From an uncultured virus (IMG/VR IMGVR_UViG_3300048503_000037) (taxonomy: Duplodnaviria; Heunggongvirae; Uroviricota; Caudoviricetes), in the IMG/VR virus record IMGVR_UViG_3300048503_000037: a DNA stretch of 64,000 nt. One strand, given 5' to 3'. Shown here piece by piece: positions 1 to 7,430 of the stretch. Made by a program: the position numbers and the translations under genes. The notes under the pieces were generated by a model, which had not been told where the DNA came from, did no database searches, and saw only the letters and a program-made list of their open reading frames with translations. Within the stretch, counting starts at the first letter, position 1, and the number at the start of each line of letters is the position of its first letter.

Positions 1-118
1 TGATCTCTGCCAACGAAGCCGATCGTATCGGCTTGGGGTTTGCTCGCGCTCTTTTGATTTGGATACCTATCGCGGCGGTAATCGACGCGGCGGTAGCGTG
101 GGCGATCTGGTGGGCGCT

Positions 119-265
119 ATGACCCGCCGCACGGTTGAGGGCAACATCAGCCACCTGCCCACTCCAGAGTGGCAGACCTGGCTGCGCGCCGCTCTCTACG
201 CCATTGCGCTGGCTACCGCGGCGCTGGCTGCGTGGATCGTCTACTTGGAGCACAGGCCGTTCTGA
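119..265 (+). CDS. small membrane protein
   Basis: ATG at 119 in ORF 59..265; one hydrophobic segment ALYAIALATAALAAWIVYL. Confidence 0.5.
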   Translation: MTRRTVEGNISHLPTPEWQTWLRAALYAIALATAALAAWIVYLEHRPF

Positions 266-274
266 TTTTTGCTG

Positions 275-302
275 TTGCGTTTTCTGGCGGCGAGCGTATT
301 AT
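275..302 (+). promoter_or_regulatory. candidate sigma70 promoter upstream of the initiator gene
   Basis: TTGCGT-16 nt-TATTAT. Confidence 0.4.
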
Positions 303-422
303 GGGATTGTCCGCCGCGCCCAGTGGTTTGGACTCAGGTGCTTGGGGTCGCTCCCTGAGCCGAAAAAGTGCTGGGGTGGGTTTCTCAGACCCACCCTGGC
401 AGCCTCACTGAGAGGGGAAGCA

Positions 423-1376
423 TTGCCGAGCAAGGTTGATATTTGGATGCCGCTCTCAATCGGAGATTACCTCGCCGACACCGGACATCTGACAACTACG
501 CAGCATGGGGCATACCTCCTGCTGCTCATGCATTATTGGCGTCGCGGGCCACTTCCCAACAACCTCGAGCAGGTCGCGTCGATCTGCAAACTGCAACAGG
601 ATGCTTGGAGCATTGCTCAAGCATTGCTCGATGAGTTCTTCGAGCTGCAAGAGGATGGGAAGTACCACCAGGGCCGCGCAGACCGAGAATTAGAGAAGTG
701 GCAAGGTAAACGATTGAAAGCACAAGAGAAAGCTAAATCGGCGGCAGAAACACGATGGAAAAAGGATGCTCCAAGCAATGCTCCAAGCAATGCTCCAAGC
801 AATCAACAAGCAATGCTTGGCTCATGCCCGTTACCATCACCGTTACCTTTACCTTTACCAACACCTAAGAACTCGTCGCCTTCGGCTCACCGTGAGACAA
901 GCTCACGGGAGAAAGAGATCATTGAATTGGTCTTTGGGTTTTACTGTGAGAAGTTCCAGAAGAACCCCAAAAAGTACCAGTTGACCGACGAACGGCGAAA
1001 GAAAGCCTCTATGAGGTTCAGAGAGCGGTTGAAGGCGAACGACGGCAACGAGGCGGCCGTGGAAACAGAGTTCTCCCAAGCGGTAGAGAACTTGGCCGCA
1101 AGCGAGTACCACGTGGTTAAGGGGTATGTGGACTGGATCGATCAGATATTCCAGTCTCAGGAAGAGTTTGAAAAGCGGCTCAACTGGAAACCAGGAGGAA
1201 AGTCAAATGGCAAATCCAACGGGCACGGGGAATCCGTTCTCGATCGTATTCAGCGGCAGAGAGCCGGAGATAACGAAACTCTCGAACGCGGTAGCGCTCC
1301 TGCGGGAGATGCTCGACAAAGAACCCAACCCAAAGCAACAGGAGCTGTGGGCCCGCGCGCTCCGGAACTTTGGTGA
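423..1376 (+). CDS. phage replication initiator, DUF1376/YdaU-like N-terminus
   Basis: WMPLSIGDYLADTGHLTTTQHGAYLLLLMHYW motif; TTG start after GAGAGGGGAAG; internal iterons. Confidence 0.8.
   Translation: MPSKVDIWMPLSIGDYLADTGHLTTTQHGAYLLLLMHYWRRGPLPNNLEQVASICKLQQDAWSIAQALLDEFFELQEDGKYHQGRADRELEKWQGKRLKAQEKAKSAAETRWKKDAPSNAPSNAPSNQQAMLGSCPLPSPLPLPLPTPKNSSPSAHRETSSREKEIIELVFGFYCEKFQKNPKKYQLTDERRKKASMRFRERLKANDGNEAAVETEFSQAVENLAASEYHVVKGYVDWIDQIFQSQEEFEKRLNWKPGGKSNGKSNGHGESVLDRIQRQRAGDNETLERGSAPAGDARQRTQPKATGAVGPRAPELW
602..819. repeat. iteron-like 12-bp repeats, probable replication origin
   Basis: ATGCTCCAAGCA x3 at 766-801; inverted copy TGCTTGGAGCATTGC at 602-616; partial palindrome at 807-819. 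Confidence 0.65.
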
Positions 1377-1836
1377 GGACCAACTCGCCGAGGCATTCAA
1401 CTGGGTCTCGCTCACCAGCAAGGGCTGGCCGACGCTGGGCGACATCACTGAGTGCATCTTCGACGCCGAGTTCGCCGCGGATCTCCGCTGGCTTCTACGT
1501 AACCTGGCCCGGCACGGCGTGGAGTGGAAGGAGCGGCCGGCGGTGTACGGCGATCGCTGGCGCAAGCCTGGCGCCCACATGGACGACTGGCAGCCGGGGC
1601 CGCTGCTTGAAGAGGCCGAGCCTGCGCCGGCCATCCCTAGCCAGTTATTCCAATCGCTGGCTATTTTGGGCGCCGGGACGACCACCGAGGGGTTGCACAT
1701 CCTCAGCCGCCACCCGGCCATCAAGAGCAACGCGCTGGTTGGCGACGAGGCGGCCAAGGTCAAGTTCCAGATCGAGCGCGACTTCAAAGCGGCCTGGCTG
1801 ATGGCGCGCCGGCGGGAGTTGGGAGGTTCATTGTGA
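1207..1836 (+). CDS. hypothetical replication-associated protein (helicase-loader position)
   Basis: ATG 1207 with GGAGGA RBS; overlaps the initiator 3' end; function from position only. Confidence 0.55.
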   Translation: MANPTGTGNPFSIVFSGREPEITKLSNAVALLREMLDKEPNPKQQELWARALRNFGEDQLAEAFNWVSLTSKGWPTLGDITECIFDAEFAADLRWLLRNLARHGVEWKERPAVYGDRWRKPGAHMDDWQPGPLLEEAEPAPAIPSQLFQSLAILGAGTTTEGLHILSRHPAIKSNALVGDEAAKVKFQIERDFKAAWLMARRRELGGSL

Positions 1837-2048
1837 GCGAGTGCGCGGAAGGGAAGCGGCTGCGAGAGCGGCACGATGCGGAGGCGGCGATTGTCCGCGA
1901 GCTAACCAGCATGGCAGCGGGGCGGCACATGCAGAGCGTCGTCAAATTTCACGAGAAACTGATGGATCACTGGACCTGGTGCTGCGAGTGCCAAGGGCTT
2001 GTTGAGGTAGTGCAGACGCCTACGTGCGCGAAGGAGGGGAAATGCTGA
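1833..2048 (+). CDS. hypothetical protein
   Basis: GTGA coupling, GGGAGG RBS, Cys/His-rich. Confidence 0.55.
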   Translation: MSECAEGKRLRERHDAEAAIVRELTSMAAGRHMQSVVKFHEKLMDHWTWCCECQGLVEVVQTPTCAKEGKC

Positions 2049-2584
2049 GTGAGAAGGGTTTTAGGATAGAACAAGCGATAAACAATGAGTGGGCAAAGTC
2101 TCACATCTACTGCCCTCTTGACTACGCCAGAATTGCGGCTCAGGCCGTGCTCGCACTGGAGCGACCAGCGGGGTCAGAGCCAACCGATACATACAGCATG
2201 GCGCAGCCTTCACCTTTGCGCTATGTACCTATGGTGACGGCGGCAGGTACGGTCCAGCAGCCAGCCGCGCAGGAGCCGACGTTCACACTGGAGCAGGTAC
2301 GGGAATTACTCGGACACATGCGCTTAGGAGAGGCTGAGGGCATTGAAGGATGGCGCGACATGAAGCTATCTGACCGATTCAATGCCATGCTGGATAGACG
2401 CATCGCTGCTGCTGGCATCGCGCCCAAGCCGCAAAAGCAGGTGACTGTCTCTAAAAACTCTGTGCTTATAGATGGCGATGTTTGTGCGACATTTAGTGGC
2501 AAAGATTCCTTGGATGCCGCGCAGGATTACGCTAGGCTACGCATCGCCCGTCTCGCCGAGCTTGCGAAGGAGGCAGGACGTTGA
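2042..2584 (+). CDS. hypothetical protein
   Basis: ATG after AAGGAGGGG. Confidence 0.6.
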   Translation: MLSEKGFRIEQAINNEWAKSHIYCPLDYARIAAQAVLALERPAGSEPTDTYSMAQPSPLRYVPMVTAAGTVQQPAAQEPTFTLEQVRELLGHMRLGEAEGIEGWRDMKLSDRFNAMLDRRIAAAGIAPKPQKQVTVSKNSVLIDGDVCATFSGKDSLDAAQDYARLRIARLAELAKEAGR

Positions 2585-2751
2585 GCGAGAAGAAAAAGTG
2601 TGGAGTATGTGGCGAAGAAATGGAACACAAATTCTTCAAGGGCGGATTCCCTCCAATATGGCGTTGTCGTAGGTGTGAATACGCAAAGCCAGCCGAGGTC
2701 AAGGCGGCTGCTAGCGCCGCAGCACCCCCGGCAGACAAGGCGGGCGCATGA
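2581..2751 (+). CDS. small zinc-ribbon protein (not in ORF track)
   Basis: TTG start after AAGGAGG; MSEKKKCGVCG...WRCRRCE; coupled at both ends. Confidence 0.6.
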   Translation: MSEKKKCGVCGEEMEHKFFKGGFPPIWRCRRCEYAKPAEVKAAASAAAPPADKAGA

Positions 2752-2990
2752 GTAATCGCTGGGCCTCCTCCTGCCGGGGCAAGCAACGGCATAACTCCGA
2801 GCGCAAGGCCGACGCCGCGGCCAAGGCTTCGCAGATCATATACGGGGTCGAGATGAACAGCTACCTCTGTGGGTTTTGCCACAAGTGGCACGTCGGCAAC
2901 ACCTACGCCCGCAACGGCAAGGCGGCCAGGCGGGAGCGGGAAGAGGGCGACGAAAATAATTCGCTTGACAAAGCGAGTTTGATTCTCTAG
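2748..2990 (+). CDS. hypothetical Zn-binding protein
   Basis: YLCGFCHKWHVG motif; ATGA coupling. Confidence 0.6.
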   Translation: MSNRWASSCRGKQRHNSERKADAAAKASQIIYGVEMNSYLCGFCHKWHVGNTYARNGKAARREREEGDENNSLDKASLIL

Positions 2991-3019
2991 GATGGTTTGC
3001 GATATGAAACTTTCGCAAA
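2965..3019 (+). promoter_or_regulatory. sigma70 promoter with operator-like inverted repeat
   Basis: TTGACA(2965)-17-TAGGAT(2988); TTTGCGA-N10-TCGCAAA at 2996-3019 spans the HTH start codon. Confidence 0.65.
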
Positions 3020-3267
3020 TGAAACCCGGCAAGCGCATCTCAGTGACCGCGCAGAGACCCACCAAGACGCGGCTGCTAGTGGACATCCAGGGCATGAGGG
3101 AAAGCAAGGGCGTCACGATCCGGCAGGTGGAGAAGGTCATCAAAGTCAGTAATGCCACGCTCTGCCAGATCGAGCACGGATGCACCCCCAGGCTGGATAG
3201 TGCGCTCAAAATCGCAGCATTCATCGAACTGCCCATTGAAAGCATTTGGGCACTGAAAGGCAAGTGA
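3004..3267 (+). CDS. XRE-family HTH transcriptional regulator
   Basis: RESKGVTIRQV...VSNATLCQIEHG..PRLDSALKIA; exact start uncertain. Confidence 0.8.
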   Translation: MKLSQMKPGKRISVTAQRPTKTRLLVDIQGMRESKGVTIRQVEKVIKVSNATLCQIEHGCTPRLDSALKIAAFIELPIESIWALKGK

Positions 3268-3911
3268 TGTGCCATGTTATCGAGATGACCGGCAAGAGAT
3301 TCACCAAACTGCTGGTGTTGGAGCGGCGCGACTCTCGCCAACATGGGACCAATAGCACTGACATGCGCGCGGTATGGCTATGTCGCTGTGACTGTGGCAA
3401 TGAAATCATAGCGTTTGGACATTCTCTGCGGTCGGGTAATACGCGCTCATGTGGATGTATTCGCAGTGAATTGTCAGCGAGCGCCACACATCGGATGACC
3501 GGCACGCCGGAATATCGGGCATGGTACAGCATCAAGGATCGGTGCAACAATCCAAACAACGAGGACTATCATAACTATGGCGGTCGTGGAATCAAAGTTT
3601 GCGACCGTTGGAGTAAGTTTGAGAACTTCTTCTCCGACATGGGATTGCGCCCTGGTGGAATGAGCTTAGATCGGCAGGATGTCAATGGCGATTACGAGCC
3701 ACGCAACTGTCGCTGGGCAACAAGCAAAGAGCAGGCTCGCAATCAGAGAACCAATCTACGCTTCACCAAAGACGGCAAAACTCGCTGCCTGGCGGAGTGG
3801 TGCGAAATGTTAGGGTTGAATCGAGCTTTGATCTACCGCCGCATCAGACGCGGCGAAACATTTGAGAGAGCGATCTCCAGAAAGGCAAGGTACGGACATG
3901 GCGATTTATGA
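3267..3911 (+). CDS. HNH-type homing endonuclease-like protein
   Basis: WLCRCDCGN, TRSCGC, YGGRGIKVCDRW, SLDRQDVNGDYEPRNCRWAT..EQARN. Confidence 0.8.
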   Translation: MCHVIEMTGKRFTKLLVLERRDSRQHGTNSTDMRAVWLCRCDCGNEIIAFGHSLRSGNTRSCGCIRSELSASATHRMTGTPEYRAWYSIKDRCNNPNNEDYHNYGGRGIKVCDRWSKFENFFSDMGLRPGGMSLDRQDVNGDYEPRNCRWATSKEQARNQRTNLRFTKDGKTRCLAEWCEMLGLNRALIYRRIRRGETFERAISRKARYGHGDL

Positions 3912-4929
3912 TGAAAAGGAAAGTTATGCTGCGTCAAGAGCGGGAGGCGTAGGGGGAACCGATGCGGCAGCTATTTTAGGCCTCTCCCCATACAAGCGCC
4001 CTATTCAGATCTACGCCGGCAAGGTCAGCCCCGAGAAGCAGCCGGAGCTTGACAAGGAGTGCTTGTACTGGGGCAGCGCGCTTGAACCCATCGTGCGCGG
4101 CCGCTACCAAGAGCGTTTCAACACCCAAGTGGTGGCGCCCGCCGACCTCGGAGTTATCTTCCCCAAATCCCGGCCGTGGCGCGATTCAACGCTCATTGAG
4201 GGCGCGGAGCCTTGGATGCTGGGCGCGCCCGACGGCTGGATTCCCTCAGCGCACAGTGGGCTTGAGGTCAAGTGCAGCTCCCGCAAGAGTGAGGAGTGGG
4301 GCGAGGAGGGCAGCGATGGCGTGCCCGCCCACTATCTCATACAAGCAGCTTGGTATACCGCCGTCTGCAATGCACGGGGCTGGAACTTCGCCGTGCTGTT
4401 CTCCGGCAACACCTTGGCCCAGTACCGCATTGAGCGCGATCCCCAACTTGAGAAGGACATGATCGAGGCGTGCCGGTCGTTCTGGTTTGACAATGTGCTG
4501 CGCAAAGTCGAGCCAGCTATCGACGAGAGCGAGAGTTATGGCAAGTATCTCGCCCGCAAGTTTTCACTCAACACCGGCAAGGTCATCGGCCCGCACGATC
4601 CCAGATACCCCGAGATTCTTAAGTGGACCGCCGAGATGAAGTCGGCAGACGACTGTGAGAAGGAAGCGGGGGAGCAGAAGCAGTTGGCGAACAACCAACT
4701 TCGGGCGCTGGTGGGGGATGCGCAGAAGGTGGTAACTCCGTTTGGGACGTGTGGATGGGTGAGGCCCGAGAAGAAGCCTGTTACGGACGAGAAGGCGGCT
4801 ATGATCGAGTTAGCCGCTCTCTACGACGACGCGCGCGCCGGGAATGCCATTTCTTCCGCCGATATCATCAAGAAGCACACGGAAGAGAAGCAAAACTCGG
4901 CATACCTCAGAGCGTGGTGGAAGAAGTAA
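3898..4929 (+). CDS. YqaJ-like viral recombinase exonuclease
   Basis: GVGGTDAAAILGLSPY, G..LEP, PDG, LEVK, P.HY..Q motifs. Confidence 0.85.
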   Translation: MAIYDEKESYAASRAGGVGGTDAAAILGLSPYKRPIQIYAGKVSPEKQPELDKECLYWGSALEPIVRGRYQERFNTQVVAPADLGVIFPKSRPWRDSTLIEGAEPWMLGAPDGWIPSAHSGLEVKCSSRKSEEWGEEGSDGVPAHYLIQAAWYTAVCNARGWNFAVLFSGNTLAQYRIERDPQLEKDMIEACRSFWFDNVLRKVEPAIDESESYGKYLARKFSLNTGKVIGPHDPRYPEILKWTAEMKSADDCEKEAGEQKQLANNQLRALVGDAQKVVTPFGTCGWVRPEKKPVTDEKAAMIELAALYDDARAGNAISSADIIKKHTEEKQNSAYLRAWWKK

Positions 4930-5047
4930 GTTTGATTCCAGTCGCAGAGTCCCTCGGTTGGTCCTGCGCGGATAAGTCCCTTCAAAGCTGGTGCCGAGGA
5001 CTGGCAGAATAGGGCAAAAACTCAACCCCGAAAGGCAAGGTGATCCA

Positions 5048-5878
5048 GTGGCAGACACACAGTTGGCAGTAACTCCGCAGCGGCAGGGCGTCATCGCAAA
5101 GTTTGCGACGATGTACGATGTTGAACCCCAGAAGGTGCTGGCTATCGTGGCCGCCACTGTCTTCAAGCAGGCAGGCAACGAGCCGCCATTGAGCCAAGAA
5201 GAGACGGCGGCAGCGCTGATCGTCTGCAACGCCTACAACCTCAACCCGTTCACCAAGGAAATATACGCCTTCCGCTCCAAGGGAAAGCTCTTGATTGTGG
5301 TCGGCGTGGACGGCTGGGCGGCCATCGTCAACCGGCAGTCGCAGTTGAACGGCATCGAGTTCGAGGAGCACTTCAACGACAAAGGTGTCATCCAGGCGGT
5401 GACCTGCAAGATTCATCGCAAGGACTGCGCTCTGCCTGTGGTGGTCACCGAGTACACCCATGAGTGCCGGCGGGATACGATTCCATGGAACACCATGCCC
5501 ATCCGCATGACGCGCAACCGGGCGTTCGTGCAATGTGCCCGCGTGGCGTTCTCGGTCAGTGGCATCATCGACAGCGACGAGGCGCAGACGATTGAGGGCA
5601 GTCCCGAGTACGTAACTCACGAGACGCGGGCGATCATTGATAGCTCTGCGACCAAGACCGATGCCGTCAAGGCCGTGGTGGCGAAGCGGGCGAATGCGGC
5701 GAAAGAGAAGGCGCAGCCCGAGCAGCAGGCCCGGCAAGAGTCGCAAACTGCGCAGGAGCAGCAGCAGGCGGAGAGGGAAAGTCGCGCCAAGGGAAGCCGC
5801 GAGCTTGTATCAGATCCCGAAGAAGAGCAGCAGCCAGCACAACAAACTCAGCCAGAGCAGGCACCAGAACTCTGGTAA
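5048..5878 (+). CDS. RecT/Bet-family single-strand annealing protein
   Basis: LNPFTKEIYAF, VGVDGW, PW...P.RM..NRA..QCARVAF..SGI.D.DE; adjacent to YqaJ. Confidence 0.85.
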   Translation: MADTQLAVTPQRQGVIAKFATMYDVEPQKVLAIVAATVFKQAGNEPPLSQEETAAALIVCNAYNLNPFTKEIYAFRSKGKLLIVVGVDGWAAIVNRQSQLNGIEFEEHFNDKGVIQAVTCKIHRKDCALPVVVTEYTHECRRDTIPWNTMPIRMTRNRAFVQCARVAFSVSGIIDSDEAQTIEGSPEYVTHETRAIIDSSATKTDAVKAVVAKRANAAKEKAQPEQQARQESQTAQEQQQAERESRAKGSRELVSDPEEEQQPAQQTQPEQAPELW

Positions 5879-6047
5879 CAAGTTCCGGCCATCCCCCTCG
5901 GGGTAAGCTGGCCGGGAGGTGCGCGGAGCGTGCGCACGCTTCATGTATACGCAGCCGGAGCGGAGTTGATGCGGTTCAAGGATACCGCTAAGATCGAGTC
6001 CGGACCGCGCACCAAACAAGTTCCGCAAATCAGGAAGGAAAACCGAG

Positions 6048-6578
6048 ATGAGCAGGAAAGATGAATTGATCTCTGACATAAGAGCCAAGCTGTCGAGTGG
6101 TTCCAATATGCCCTACTCGTTCTGGGCGAAGATGCCCGACTCGTTCTGGGCGAAGATGCCCTACTTGTTCTGGGCGAAGATGCCCGACTCGCTCTGGGCG
6201 AAGATGCCCGACTCGTTCTGGGCGAATATGCCCGACTCGTTCTGGGCGAAGATGCCCTACTCGTTCTGGGCGAATATGCCCGACTCGTTCTGGGCGAAGA
6301 TGCCCTACTCGCTCTGGGCGAAGATGCCCGACTCGCTCTGGGCGAAGATGCCCTACTCGTTCTGGGCGAAGATGCCCGACTCGTTCTGGGCGAAGATGCC
6401 CGACTCGCTCTGGGCGAAGATGCCCGACTCGCTCTGGGCGAATATGCCCTACTCGCTCTGGGCGAAGATGCCCGACTCGTTCTGGGCGAAGATGCCCGAC
6501 TCGCTCTGGGCGAAGAGAATCCTTGACGATCTTCCTGAATCGATGCTCGAATCTATCAAGGAATCGTTTTTGGAATAA
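6048..6578 (+). CDS. octapeptide-repeat protein, (MP[D/Y]S[F/L]WA[K/N])x17
   Basis: AGGAAGGA RBS; protein-like unique flanks; open through the whole array. Confidence 0.65.
   Translation: MSRKDELISDIRAKLSSGSNMPYSFWAKMPDSFWAKMPYLFWAKMPDSLWAKMPDSFWANMPDSFWAKMPYSFWANMPDSFWAKMPYSLWAKMPDSLWAKMPYSFWAKMPDSFWAKMPDSLWAKMPDSLWANMPYSLWAKMPDSFWAKMPDSLWAKRILDDLPESMLESIKESFLE
6108..6515 (+). repeat. tandem array of 17 x 24 bp
   Basis: ATGCCC[G/T]ACTCG[T/C]TCTGGGCGAA[G/T], counted directly. Confidence 0.95.
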
Positions 6579-6773
6579 CAAGTTCCCCGGCCGGTCGCAA
6601 GGCCCACAGACGTTGCGTCCGTACTGGTTGCCGCCTACAGCCAACCAAAACGGGCAGGCCGGGGATTCAATCGAAAGGAAAGGCACGGCATGAAACTCAA
6701 GTGCGAAGTGAGATATAATAGGGGTGTCGGGGCGCTAACCCCGGCAAAGCCTCATCGCCACAGGAGGGCGAAT

Positions 6774-7430
6774 ATGACACCCCTTGCAGAAGATTATCTC
6801 ACTCTCACCGCTTTGCCGCAACGAGAACTACTTCCTCCGAAATCGAGTCTTCCGCCGCGTCCGTCCGAAAAGACTGTCGTTACCAATTGCTCTTATTGCG
6901 GAAAAGAAATGCTGCGTTACAGGTCCACAGTTCGCCTAGGGCGTGGTCGTCATTGTTCTCGTGCTTGCTCAAATGCTGACGCAACGTTGAGACGTAAACC
7001 TGAGCCAATACCACCTACACGCGATTGCAAAGAGTGCGGGCAGACGTTTATTCCAACCACCCACCATCACATGTTTTGCTCAGTGAAATGCAATCATTCT
7101 TTCCATGAGAAAAATATGCCTGGATGCTTTCTTGGGGCTTCAAAGGTGGTTAAGGGAGAGGTCGGAGAACTTCAGGTTGTCATCGATCTACTGTTGAGGG
7201 GATGGCATGTGTTCCGTCCGATGTGCTTCGGTTGCGGTTTTGACTTCTTAATTACGCGCGGAGATGAGATCAGAAAAGTGGAAGTGAAGATAGCTCACAA
7301 AAGCTGCAAGGGCGGCGCGCTTCAGATAAATCTTCGCAAAACAAACAACCCTCAATACGATGTCGTGGCAACAGTTTGGCATCGGGAGATACTCTACTCA
7401 GACAAGAAAGGCGAGACAGTATGTTTGTGA
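6774..7430 (+). CDS. Zn-finger plus PD-(D/E)XK homing-type endonuclease
   Basis: two CxxC..CSxxC fingers, then KGEVGELQV...FDFL...VEVK; AGGAGG RBS; TATAAT at 6714. Confidence 0.7.
   Translation: MTPLAEDYLTLTALPQRELLPPKSSLPPRPSEKTVVTNCSYCGKEMLRYRSTVRLGRGRHCSRACSNADATLRRKPEPIPPTRDCKECGQTFIPTTHHHMFCSVKCNHSFHEKNMPGCFLGASKVVKGEVGELQVVIDLLLRGWHVFRPMCFGCGFDFLITRGDEIRKVEVKIAHKSCKGGALQINLRKTNNPQYDVVATVWHREILYSDKKGETVCL

Noticed and set aside
5918..6014. tRNA gene
   Set aside because: Acceptor-like stem and CCA are present, but there is no paired T-arm or recognisable D and anticodon arms; kept only as a structured-RNA candidate
6108..6515. CRISPR array
   Set aside because: Units are contiguous with no spacers, and no cas genes are present
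6690..7430. Group I intron in the SbcC-like gene
   Set aside because: No P7 or other core elements seen, little non-coding space, and SbcC has its own RBS and ATG
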